A stretch of DNA of 32,000 nt. It comes from Promethearchaeota archaeon (GTDB lineage Archaea > Asgardarchaeota > Hermodarchaeia > Hermodarchaeales > Hermodarchaeaceae). The DNA is taken from the NCBI GenBank assembly GCA_048938295.1, contig JBHLMI010000003.1, forward strand, positions 60,001-92,000, in the 5' to 3' direction. Shown here one piece after another: positions 1 to 8,265 of this stretch (position 1 is the first letter of the stretch; the number at the start of each line of letters is the position of its first letter). A program made the translations under genes and the position numbers. The notes under the pieces were generated by a model. The model saw only the letters and a program-made list of their open reading frames with translations. It ran no database searches and was not told the origin of the DNA.

Positions 1-1261
1 CGGTGCTATTGGCTTTTTTCATTCCTAAGGCGTACCGGCATAGAGCCACAAAGAGGAGTTGTGCTCCAAAGCATATACCAAGAAATGGAAGGTCCTCTTC
101 AACCGCAATCCAAGCCGAACGAATCATCCCTTCTGTTCCTCGTGTACCAAAGCCAGGCGTGAGGAGAATCCCATCATAAATCAGGAGCTTTTCTTTGGCA
201 TCATCAGTACTCCCCAACATTTCTGCATCCACCATATCAATTGTGACACCAGCTCCCTGATGAGCACCTGCACTTCGTAAGGCTTCGTTGATACTCACAT
301 AAGTATCCGCCATTGCCACATACTTACCGGGCATAGCAATGCGTAACTGAGTAGTTGGATTCATAAACTGGTTGACAACCGCCTTCCAAGCCGCCATACC
401 TTCAGGTGGCCGTGCCATCATTTCAAGCCGCTGCAAAATAATGGCATCCAATCCCTGCTCGTAAAATTTAAGAGGTATTTCATAAATTTCATCCAAGTCG
501 GGATTGGAAATGACAGCCTCAGGGACAACATTGCTATGTAAGGCAATTTTCCGACGCGCTTCTTCAGTTAAAGAAACCTGACTGCGTGCAATTATGACGT
601 CAGGTTGAAGACCTAGCGCCTGGAGCTGCTTGACCGAATGCTGTGTAGGTTTTGTCTTCAATTCACCCACTGTCGGTAGCAGGGGCACTAGCGTGACGTG
701 TACCAATAAGGTGTCACAGGATCGCTCCTCGAGCCGAAACTGCCGAATAGCCTCTAAGAAAGGAGCCGCTTCAATATCACCTACCGTACCCCCAACTTCT
801 ACCATCACCACATCTAACCCTTTCACGGCAGCTCCGACATCTCGTAACCGTCGTTTAATCTCGCTTGTAATATGCGGTATAATTTGCACCGTCTTGCCCA
901 AGAATTTGCCCAAACGTTCCTGCAAAATCACAGCTAGATAGACTTGCCCGGAAGTGATGTTGTTTCGAGGATGAATAGCCCGCCCAATAAACCGCTCATA
1001 AGTTCCGAAATCCTGATCTACTTCTGCAGACCGATAATCAAAACTGGGGGCCGGAGAAAATTCGAATATTTGGTCTGTAATAAATGGCTCTCCATGCTCA
1101 ATCGGGTTCAATGTTCCTGGATCTACATTTAGATAGGGATCGATTTTCACCAAGTCAATCTCATAACCACGAAACTGAAGCAGCTTAGCAATACTTGCGG
1201 TGGTGTGGCCTTTCCCGATTCCGGATAACACGCCACCAGTTACAAAGATGAATTTGGGCAT
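1..1261 (-). CDS. pyrG: CTP synthase (3'-truncated by window edge; 420 codons visible)
   Basis: Manual translation of the minus strand from ATG at 1261 (GGAGG upstream): MPKFIFVTGGVLSGIGKGHTTASIAK...KIDPYLNVDPGT...EVGGTVGDIE...KTKPTQHSV...PGFGTRG...LGICFGAQ (glutaminase nucleophile motif). The frame stays open to base 1. Not in the ORF track because no stop lies in the window. Confidence 0.97.
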   Translation of the reverse strand, partial: MPKFIFVTGGVLSGIGKGHTTASIAKLLQFRGYEIDLVKIDPYLNVDPGTLNPIEHGEPFITDQIFEFSPAPSFDYRSAEVDQDFGTYERFIGRAIHPRNNITSGQVYLAVILQERLGKFLGKTVQIIPHITSEIKRRLRDVGAAVKGLDVVMVEVGGTVGDIEAAPFLEAIRQFRLEERSCDTLLVHVTLVPLLPTVGELKTKPTQHSVKQLQALGLQPDVIIARSQVSLTEEARRKIALHSNVVPEAVISNPDLDEIYEIPLKFYEQGLDAIILQRLEMMARPPEGMAAWKAVVNQFMNPTTQLRIAMPGKYVAMADTYVSINEALRSAGAHQGAGVTIDMVDAEMLGSTDDAKEKLLIYDGILLTPGFGTRGTEGMIRSAWIAVEEDLPFLGICFGAQLLFVALCRYALGMKKANST

Positions 1262-1372
1262 GTTTCCTCCTTTACTATCCACTACATAAGCCTAGCGGTT
1301 TCCTTGCCGATGCCGGCGCCATAACGTATTTATGCCACATCAAGCAACTGCCCAGCTGAGGGATTGGACTCA

Positions 1373-1723
1373 ATGTTTCGCCGTAAGACGACTAGGCTTC
1401 CATTCAGAAAAGCTTGGGCGCTCATCTTCATTTCCCTCTTAGTCCTGGTCGGCCTATACTTTGGATTTCATGCGATTTCAGTACCTGCCCTGACACCAGT
1501 TGACCAAGCCCGAGTCGCAATTCCCTCACAAGCCTCTCTTTCTTTTTACTCCATAAATTTTGAACCCCCCGACACATCGGATATGCTCTCACAGAGTCTG
1601 ACGAGTTGGCTGCTTCACAGAACCGCGGATAGTTGGTTTCGTTCCATATTAGTTGCCCTCGCAATCCTCCTAATCATGCTGATTGTGATGGCATTAACAG
1701 CCGCCATCCTTCGACAGAACTAA
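1373..1723 (+). CDS. Small hypothetical membrane protein (two hydrophobic segments)
   Basis: ORF 1364..1723 (TTG); ATG at 1373 preferred. Basic N-terminus, then hydrophobic AWALIFISLLVLVGLYFGF and C-terminal ILVALAILLIMLIVMALTAAIL. Divergent from pyrG and fills the gap. No family recognised. Confidence 0.6.
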   Translation: MFRRKTTRLPFRKAWALIFISLLVLVGLYFGFHAISVPALTPVDQARVAIPSQASLSFYSINFEPPDTSDMLSQSLTSWLLHRTADSWFRSILVALAILLIMLIVMALTAAILRQN

Positions 1724-1738
1724 CTCCAGGGAACGCGT

Positions 1739-1810
1739 GGGTTTTCTAGGATGACGGGAAGCATCCTAGAAAGGCGGAACATACCGCTCGTACAGGCAGA
1801 CCCTTTTTTT
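1739..1810 (+). terminator. Structured 3' element ending in T7 (possible terminator or small structured RNA)
   Basis: Perfect stem TCTAGGATG(1745-1753)/CATCCTAGA(1762-1770), small stem GCGG/CCGC (1774-1787), closing GGGTTT(1739-1744)/AGACCC(1798-1803), then T7 at 1804-1810, just after the 1723 stop. Confidence 0.5.
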
Positions 1811-1864
1811 CGAAGCCTCCAACTCAGGTCTGTCTGTACTCAATTTTTCACCGTTTCCATTAAC

Positions 1865-1894
1865 TTTATATATGTGTATCAATCGATATACATA
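1865..1894 (+). promoter_or_regulatory. TATA box plus overlapping imperfect palindrome (candidate PadR operator)
   Basis: TTTATATA at 1865-1872. The 24-bp inverted repeat TATGTGTATCAATCGATATACATA (1871-1894) has two mismatched pairs and lies upstream of the padR-like gene. Confidence 0.6.
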
Positions 1895-2004
1895 GCGTGG
1901 CAAGGTATCTTGTGTAACGAGATTCTGTGCCTATCAAGGCGTATTGTCTCGCATATAACACAAGCTTGCTGCCTTCGACAACCGCTCTCAGGCGGAGAAC
2001 ATAC

Positions 2005-2481
2005 ATGACGAAACAAAAACAACTTGAAACATGGGAAAGTGACGTACGCCGGGGCCTCCTACGACTCCTGGTCCTCGCCGTCATCAAGGAAAAGGAGTCC
2101 AACTTCGGTTACGCCATTGCCCAAAGCATCCGCGAGCGCACTGCTGATCGACTCATCGTTCAAGATGGCACGCTGTACCCGTTGCTCCGCCGTCTCGAAG
2201 AACAAAAAATGGTCCGCAGCAATTGGGACGTCTCTGGTGAACGCCCACGCAAGTATTACCAGCTGACTTCAGCTGGAGACAAACAGCTTCTAACCATGCT
2301 AGAGTTTTGGAATGACCTAGTGATTTCGTTGGACCCGCTCTTCCGCAGCATCGCGGTGGGGCGTGAAGCAAACGGCGGCTACCAAGAGCAAGTGCAATTC
2401 TGCACGTCCTGCGGCAACCAAGTGTACCCTGGAGCAATCTATTGTGCAAACTGCGGAGCGGAAATCCAAGAAAGTGAGTGA
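2005..2481 (+). CDS. PadR-family transcriptional regulator with C-terminal double zinc ribbon
   Basis: RRGLLRLLVLAVI...GYAIAQSI...GTLYPLLRRLEEQKMVRSNW...PRKYYQLT is the PadR wHTH signature. The tail is CTSCG-x8-YCANCG. ATG at 2005 follows GGCGGAG and is preferred over the ORF-track start at 1927. Confidence 0.92.
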   Translation: MTKQKQLETWESDVRRGLLRLLVLAVIKEKESNFGYAIAQSIRERTADRLIVQDGTLYPLLRRLEEQKMVRSNWDVSGERPRKYYQLTSAGDKQLLTMLEFWNDLVISLDPLFRSIAVGREANGGYQEQVQFCTSCGNQVYPGAIYCANCGAEIQESE

Positions 2482-2482
2482 A

Positions 2483-3640
2483 ATGTCAAACAATCCTCAA
2501 GACGAATATTCGGGCGATGGGAAACCTCCTCACGTACCCTCACCGGGTGATGAGGCATCAGCTCGAAAAATCATAGCAGACTACTTAGATCAAGTAAAGG
2601 CCCGACTTCCCAAAGAAGTGGCCGACGAAATGATCCCTGAACTCCGATCCCACCTCCTCGAACAAGCCAGCCAACCTAGTGGACGCTTAACCACAACCGC
2701 TGCATGGGATGCCGTCGTTGCAATGGGTAGCCCCGACATTGTGGCACGGGAATTCCGACGAGAAAAGGAACAGAGCGACATTGAAATGGCTCGAAGCTTC
2801 CTTGATGTCCTCTCACCCCAATACCGCCAATACTTCTGGTGGGTTATCATTGGGATCGTAATCGCGGACCTAGTCCTCATTGCCTATTTGGTCACAGTAG
2901 TATTACTCAACATGAGCGTTGTCCCCATAACCCTACTCCTACCATACATCCTCTTAGGTGTAGTCGCTCAGGTCTGGGTCTTTGCAGGATTTATCATCTC
3001 CTATTTGGTGATGTTAGGCTTATCCCATCCCTCGGGTCCCCCGATAATCGAAATCATCCGTGGCCTCATTGAAGACCATGGAAGGAAAGAAGAACAACGC
3101 ATTCCCCGCACTCAAAGGCGGGTCAATAAACGCGTGAAGAAATACAATGAACTAACTGGTCGAGGTCCATTATTAGGAAAACTCCTTGGCCATATTGTAG
3201 GCATCATTATTGCCTTAGTGTTCGCAATCGTTTTACCCATTATTATACCAACCTATCCAACCCTTGAAATCACAGTGCTCTACTGGTTGGCTTTCTTTGG
3301 CCTAACACAAGCGGGTCTCACAGCAGTACGAACCTTAGTCGGCGACAGCTCTCTAGCAGGCGCACGCCTCCTAGCATCCATTGACACCCTCTTTGCACTA
3401 GTTGGGATTTGGATTCTAACCCTATTCTTCTATGGAACACTGTCATGGCCTATTCCAATCTGGAACGGGGCCTTCTGGGGCCTCCTCCATTGGAAAGCAT
3501 TCGTGTTTCCATGGATATGGTGGCTTGGTCCCCTACTGATCTTCATTAGCTTAGTCGCTATGGTGATCAACCTCGTACAAGTGAACATCTACATTCAACC
3601 ATTAGCCAACGGTTACGAAGTCTGTATCGACGAATTCTAG
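2483..3640 (+). CDS. Multi-pass membrane protein with N-terminal HAAS/DUF1700-like helical domain (PadR partner)
   Basis: IADYLDQVKARLP...IPELRSHLLE...AVVAMGSPDIVAREF matches the YL..L...L / EL..HL.E / .G.P...A pattern of PadR-associated sensor domains. About 7-8 hydrophobic segments follow. ATG at 2483 abuts the padR stop. Confidence 0.8.
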   Translation: MSNNPQDEYSGDGKPPHVPSPGDEASARKIIADYLDQVKARLPKEVADEMIPELRSHLLEQASQPSGRLTTTAAWDAVVAMGSPDIVAREFRREKEQSDIEMARSFLDVLSPQYRQYFWWVIIGIVIADLVLIAYLVTVVLLNMSVVPITLLLPYILLGVVAQVWVFAGFIISYLVMLGLSHPSGPPIIEIIRGLIEDHGRKEEQRIPRTQRRVNKRVKKYNELTGRGPLLGKLLGHIVGIIIALVFAIVLPIIIPTYPTLEITVLYWLAFFGLTQAGLTAVRTLVGDSSLAGARLLASIDTLFALVGIWILTLFFYGTLSWPIPIWNGAFWGLLHWKAFVFPWIWWLGPLLIFISLVAMVINLVQVNIYIQPLANGYEVCIDEF

Positions 3641-3662
3641 CAGACATCATGTCCGTCCCCCT

Positions 3663-3710
3663 TGGGGTAGTACGCTGTTGGGTGCGTACTGCCCCACTAC
3701 ACTCTTTTTT
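3663..3710 (+). terminator. Hairpin + 8-nt spacer + T6 downstream of the PadR/HAAS operon
   Basis: 13-bp stem TGGGGTAGTACGC/GCGTACTGCCCCA (one G-U pair), spacer CTACACTC, then TTTTTT at 3705-3710. Confidence 0.7.
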
Positions 3711-3765
3711 GGTTCACAAGGCTTTTGTGTTCTGACACCCTTTTGCGTATGTCTGAGGGATTTCC

Positions 3766-4281
3766 ATGAGTACTGAGAACCTAATATCCATTCGGGAATA
3801 TACTGTTGAAGATTTTGTGAGTTTAACTAATTTGGTTGCTGAGTTTTTCACCTTTCATAATAGACTAAATGAACGAGGCCCACTCCCACCCGAGGAAGCA
3901 GCCACGATGATTCCCGAAGATATGCTACAGGAATCCTCGCATATTCTTATTGCTGAAGAAAAGCAAGAAAAGAAAGTTGTGGGTTTTTGTCGAGTTGAGC
4001 TACATGAGGGGGCATATTTTCTTCGTGAACTGGGAGTCACCGAGAATTGGCGAATCCGGGGCGTAGGTACAGCATTGCTTCGTGCAGCAGAAGATTACAT
4101 CAAGAAGGCAGGTAAATCCAACTTGTATCTATCAGTGGTGCCACGTAATATTGATGCAGTGCGTTTCTTTGTTCGACGAGGATATGATATTATCAACACT
4201 CTGGAATTACGTACACAAACCCCTGAAGAGAAGATTCAGCGGAAACCTCTTCACTTCCTGGGTTTGCAATTTCGATACTAA
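3766..4281 (+). CDS. GNAT-family N-acetyltransferase
   Basis: Acetyl-CoA-binding motif LGVTENWRIRGVGTALLRAAE and N..AVRFFVRRGY. GAGG lies upstream of the ATG. Confidence 0.9.
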   Translation: MSTENLISIREYTVEDFVSLTNLVAEFFTFHNRLNERGPLPPEEAATMIPEDMLQESSHILIAEEKQEKKVVGFCRVELHEGAYFLRELGVTENWRIRGVGTALLRAAEDYIKKAGKSNLYLSVVPRNIDAVRFFVRRGYDIINTLELRTQTPEEKIQRKPLHFLGLQFRY

Positions 4282-4354
4282 GCATGACAATGTTTTAATC
4301 ATAACAACTTACAAGGCAGTAAGGAAAGGAGCAGAAATCGGAGAATCGAACCTT

Positions 4355-5320
4355 GTGACGTCAGAAACTGAAGCGAAACCGGATTCTCGGTTAGAAATAA
4401 AGATTGGCACTGTCAAACTCGAGAATCCCACTATCTTAGCTTCAGGGGTCTTGGGTGTTGCTGCAGGCGGACTCATTAGCGCAGCTAATTTTGGCGCCGG
4501 AGCTGTAGTGACCAAGACTGTGGGATGGAAACCACGTTCCGGACATCCCGGTCCACGGGCTGTTGGACTCCACGGCGATAGCATGATGAACGCCATGGGA
4601 ATACCTAATCCAGGAATTCGAGAGTATTTACCGGAAATTAAAGCCGTAGTCAAGCAGGAAATAGCTGTTATCGGCAGTGCGTTAGGCACTTCACCTAAGG
4701 AGTACGCTAGAGTCGCTATCCACTTGGCAAAGGCAGGAGTATCTGCCATCGAACTCAACGTCTCATGTCCCCATGTTGGGTCCCTATACCTGTTGGGGAT
4801 GGATCCTGATGCAGTCACTGACGTAGTCAACGAAGTCGTGGCGCAAACAGATAAACAAGTACCAATCTGGGTCAAACTACCGGGCTCAACCGATTATCCT
4901 CGATTAATTAAGGTTGCGAAGGCAGCCCAATCTGCAGGAGCGGCAGCACTAGTCGCTCTGAACACCTTACCTGCCCTTGCCATCGATGTTGATGCACGCA
5001 GACCCATATTAGGGGCTGGCATCGGTGGTCTATCAGGACCAGCAATCAAACCCATAGTTGTTCGGGCTGTTTGGGAACTACACCAAGCCGGATTGAATAT
5101 TCCGATTATAGGAGTTGGAGGGATTCTGACAGGCCAAGATGTTATCGAATACCTACTCGCTGGCGCTACTGCGGTCGAAATTGGAACCGGAGTATTAACA
5201 CGAGGAAGGGCGATATTCTCACAAGTTTGTAAAGAAATCAGTGCGTATCTGACAAAATATAACATCGAACATGTGAGCGAATTGACAGGTCAGATGGCGA
5301 AGTTTGGGGTGAATTCCTAA
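4355..5320 (+). CDS. pyrD: Dihydroorotate dehydrogenase family 1B catalytic subunit
   Basis: NPTILASG, VVTKT, NAMGIPNPG, ELNVSCPH (catalytic Cys), VKL, NT, GGLSGPAIKP, IIGVGGI, GATAVEIGT. GTG at 4355 is the likely start; the ORF-track extension to 4082 overlaps the GNAT gene. Confidence 0.95.
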   Translation: MTSETEAKPDSRLEIKIGTVKLENPTILASGVLGVAAGGLISAANFGAGAVVTKTVGWKPRSGHPGPRAVGLHGDSMMNAMGIPNPGIREYLPEIKAVVKQEIAVIGSALGTSPKEYARVAIHLAKAGVSAIELNVSCPHVGSLYLLGMDPDAVTDVVNEVVAQTDKQVPIWVKLPGSTDYPRLIKVAKAAQSAGAAALVALNTLPALAIDVDARRPILGAGIGGLSGPAIKPIVVRAVWELHQAGLNIPIIGVGGILTGQDVIEYLLAGATAVEIGTGVLTRGRAIFSQVCKEISAYLTKYNIEHVSELTGQMAKFGVNS

Positions 5321-5322
5321 GG

Positions 5323-6642
5323 ATGGCTGTTCATGACCTCAAAGTAGCCAATGGCCGGCTAGTTTTACCAGATCGTGTTGAAGAAGCCGACTTGTTGATT
5401 GATGACGGGATTATCACTGCAATAGTTAAACCTGCCTTATCTAAGTCGGAACATGCCAGTGAAGTTATAGATGCCTCCGGCTACCTTGTCTTGCCGGGGC
5501 TTGTAGACGTTCATGTGCATTTCCGCGATCCTGGATTTCCTGCCAAAGAGGATTTTGCCTCGGGGTCGTTAGCCGCTGCTGCGGGTGGTGTGACTACTGT
5601 CATTGATATGCCCAATACTAATCCACCGACAACCACCCCTGAACGACTTCAGGATAAAATTGATCGTGCTGCAAGGAATTGTCTAGTCGATTTTGCCTTC
5701 CATGGCGGTCCATATAGGACAGATGATATCAAAACCTCCCTAACGGCTGAGGACGAGGTTATGGTCATCGATATGGCGCAGCAACTCATTGAAAGAGGAA
5801 TTGTATCATTCAAGATTTACATGCCCCACCAAGAAGCCATCTATCTCCCCCTTTTAGCGCCTTTGGGACACCTTATAACGGTCCATGCTGAAGAGCCAAA
5901 ATTGCTTAATACACCGACGGATGGTTCATCATTTGCATTTCTCGCGAGTCGACCACCGGAGGCTGAAGTACAGGCTATAGAGCAACTGCTGGCGAATCCT
6001 CCGGTGTGTGGATTTCATATTTGCCATCTATCAACGGCTGCAGGGTTTCGTCGAATTCTTGCTGCATGGCATAAGGGAATTCCTGTGACCACTGAAGTCA
6101 CTCCACATCATCTACTCCTCACGGTCAAAGACTTAGCGGAAATCGGTCCAATCGCGAAATGCTATCCACCCTTACGGTCGAAATCAGATACAGAAGCTCT
6201 CTTAAACGCTTGTTTTGCTGACCAGATTAAAATCATCGCTTCAGATCATGCCCCGCATACCGCCGCAGAAAAAACCGGCGCAGATGCGGATTTTGCCTCA
6301 GCGCCTGCAGGCATCATTGGCGTTGAGACCATGCTTCCACTTATGTACACCAAATTAGTTCATGACGCCGAAATGACCATCTCACATCTCATCCGTATGA
6401 TGGCCCTCAACCCTGCAGTATGGTTTGGGATTCGTAACACCCAATGGATTGAAAAAGGACAATTTGAAGTAGGAGCTGATGCGGATCTAGTGCTCTTCAA
6501 CCATAAAACTCAATATTCCATCCGTGGTGATTTGCTCCATAGTAAGGCCACCCTAACCCCCTACGAAGGATGGAAAGTCAGGGGGAAAATTTGTCAAACT
6601 ATTCTTGGTGGCCAAACGATTTTTGAAAGTGACCTTGAATGA
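5323..6642 (+). CDS. pyrC: Dihydroorotase (amidohydrolase superfamily)
   Basis: PGLVDVHVHFRDPG, GGVTTVIDMPNT, VHAE, CHLST, EVTPHHL, K..PPLR, SDHAPH. It lies between pyrD and pyrK. Confidence 0.92.
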   Translation: MAVHDLKVANGRLVLPDRVEEADLLIDDGIITAIVKPALSKSEHASEVIDASGYLVLPGLVDVHVHFRDPGFPAKEDFASGSLAAAAGGVTTVIDMPNTNPPTTTPERLQDKIDRAARNCLVDFAFHGGPYRTDDIKTSLTAEDEVMVIDMAQQLIERGIVSFKIYMPHQEAIYLPLLAPLGHLITVHAEEPKLLNTPTDGSSFAFLASRPPEAEVQAIEQLLANPPVCGFHICHLSTAAGFRRILAAWHKGIPVTTEVTPHHLLLTVKDLAEIGPIAKCYPPLRSKSDTEALLNACFADQIKIIASDHAPHTAAEKTGADADFASAPAGIIGVETMLPLMYTKLVHDAEMTISHLIRMMALNPAVWFGIRNTQWIEKGQFEVGADADLVLFNHKTQYSIRGDLLHSKATLTPYEGWKVRGKICQTILGGQTIFESDLE

Positions 6643-7529
6643 CACCTAATATAACGGTAAAAAAGAATCCTGCAAAGCTAATCCATGGCCTTCGGCCTTT
6701 TGTTGGACCAATTCAACAGATTCGACAGGAAACCCCTCGAACAAAATCCTTTACCCTTGAGGCCACTGATATCGCACGTGCTGCTGTTCCCGGACAGTTT
6801 ATGATGATCTGGATTCCTGGAGTCGATGAAATTCCTATGAGTATCTCCGCAGTTCGAAGTTCCTCAGGGCAGGTGGAATTTGCTGCAGCTAAAGTAGGAG
6901 AGGCGACTGCGGCGTTACATAGAATGAAAGAAGGCGACCTCTTAGGTCTTCGTGGACCACTGGGACAAGGTTTCAAGTTCCCCCGATCCATCGATAAAGG
7001 ACCTCTACTATGTGTTGCTGGTGGATGTGGATCACCACCCTTAGCCTTTGCCGCGGAGTGGGCGGTGAGAAAGGGACACGAGGTTCATGTGGCCCTAGGT
7101 GCCAGTACCCAGTCTGACTTGTTATTTCAAAAACGATTTGAAGCACACGCACAGAAGGTGATCATTGCCACTGATGACGGATCTGAGGGAATCCAAGGCA
7201 CATCTGTAGATGCAGCAGCCTTTCACCTCGATATCGACTCTCGTTATGCAGCGTGTTTAGCCTGTGGACCAGAGGCGATGTTAACAAGTCTGGCAGAACT
7301 ACTCTCCAAGTATCCCATTCCGTTACAGGTCAGTTTAGAGCGTTACATGAAGTGCGGTATTGGATTATGTGGCCATTGCATCATTGACAATCATGGAACT
7401 CGAGTATGCTTAGAGGGACCCGTGTTCGATGCAAAAATCTTGCGAAAGACTGATTTTGGTAAATGGAAACGTGACGGAACAGGAAAACGCTTACCCTTTG
7501 ATTCTAATGACGAAAGCTGCGAGGGCTAG
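6639..7529 (+). CDS. pyrK: Dihydroorotate dehydrogenase electron-transfer subunit (FAD, 2Fe-2S)
   Basis: PGQFMMIWIPGVDEIPMSI, RGPLGQGF, GGCG, CGPEAM, SLERYMKCGIGLCGHC...CLEGPVF. Overlaps the pyrC stop by 4 nt. Confidence 0.95.
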   Translation: MTPNITVKKNPAKLIHGLRPFVGPIQQIRQETPRTKSFTLEATDIARAAVPGQFMMIWIPGVDEIPMSISAVRSSSGQVEFAAAKVGEATAALHRMKEGDLLGLRGPLGQGFKFPRSIDKGPLLCVAGGCGSPPLAFAAEWAVRKGHEVHVALGASTQSDLLFQKRFEAHAQKVIIATDDGSEGIQGTSVDAAAFHLDIDSRYAACLACGPEAMLTSLAELLSKYPIPLQVSLERYMKCGIGLCGHCIIDNHGTRVCLEGPVFDAKILRKTDFGKWKRDGTGKRLPFDSNDESCEG

Positions 7530-7554
7530 AAAACCACAATACTGAGGTGGCACA

Positions 7555-8265
7555 GTGAAGCGATCGAATGTACTTGCAGGCTATTCTTCATGGCTGCTCT
7601 TTCTTGTGGGAACCATCCTCATCATCGCTGGAGGACTTATCTATGCACTTCCCCAAAGCCTCCTAACTCCCTTTTCTCTGGCCATCATAGTCCTGGGTAT
7701 CGTGCTTCTTTTTCAGACCTCCTGTGCCTTTCAGTCTAACAATGATGTGAAACTAATTTTAGCCATCATCGTGTCATCAGTACTTGTAATCTTTATTGAT
7801 TTCTGGCCAGTTCAAATGTTCTATTCAAACACAACAGCAAGTCTTCTCCGGTTGGTGGGAATTAGTTCTATACAACAAAGCACTCCTCACTTTGGAGGAG
7901 TCCAAGTTATCATCTTTGTCCGAGAGGCAGTGACAAATCGGATTGTCGGTGGGGAAATCGACAACGGGTGTGCAGGGCTCATGGCCTTAATTCCCTGTTT
8001 GATCCTCCTCTTCTTGGCTGATACCTACCGTGAACCGAAACCCGAAAGACTCATTGTTGGAATCCTGGCAGTATGCATCATTGTCCTGGGGAATCTTTTC
8101 AGAATCTTTGTCGAATTATGGGCTCCGGCTGTGGGCCTAATACCCTTCGAGTATGTCCACTACCCACTTGCGTTTCTACTAGGCTATTTTGGCGTCACCG
8201 TTATCGCCATTCTTGGACAGCGAATACTAAAACGTGAAAAGAGTCAAACTTTCAAAAAGAACTAG
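7555..8265 (+). CDS. Exosortase/archaeosortase-family membrane protein
   Basis: Multi-TM protein with the family's catalytic pattern: I..GC139AG, N180..R183I and H202, each next to a TM segment. GAGGTGG lies upstream of the GTG start, 25 nt after pyrK. Confidence 0.85.
   Translation: MKRSNVLAGYSSWLLFLVGTILIIAGGLIYALPQSLLTPFSLAIIVLGIVLLFQTSCAFQSNNDVKLILAIIVSSVLVIFIDFWPVQMFYSNTTASLLRLVGISSIQQSTPHFGGVQVIIFVREAVTNRIVGGEIDNGCAGLMALIPCLILLFLADTYREPKPERLIVGILAVCIIVLGNLFRIFVELWAPAVGLIPFEYVHYPLAFLLGYFGVTVIAILGQRILKREKSQTFKKN

Noticed and set aside
59-1132. Plus-strand ORFs 59..280, 630..941 and 944..1132
   Set aside because: They are antisense shadows of pyrG, which translates cleanly on the minus strand with all CTP synthase motifs.
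3663-3696. Hairpins here and at 1745-1770 as SECIS elements or tRNA fragments
   Set aside because: No upstream gene has an in-frame UGA needing recoding, I see no SECIS core motif or cloverleaf, and the T-tracts point to 3'-end signals.
4082-4354. Long N-terminal extension of PyrD given by the ORF track
   Set aside because: It overlaps the GNAT gene by 200 nt in another frame and has no DHODH features. Homology begins after the GTG at 4355.
4309-5265. Minus-strand ORFs of 188 and 123 aa
   Set aside because: They are antisense to the well-supported pyrD and show no recognisable motifs. The same applies to the other short ORFs nested in or antisense to called genes.
5323-6642. Allantoinase or hydantoinase as an alternative call
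   Set aside because: The motifs are shared across the family, but the position between pyrD and pyrK, next to pyrB/I/FE, favours dihydroorotase.
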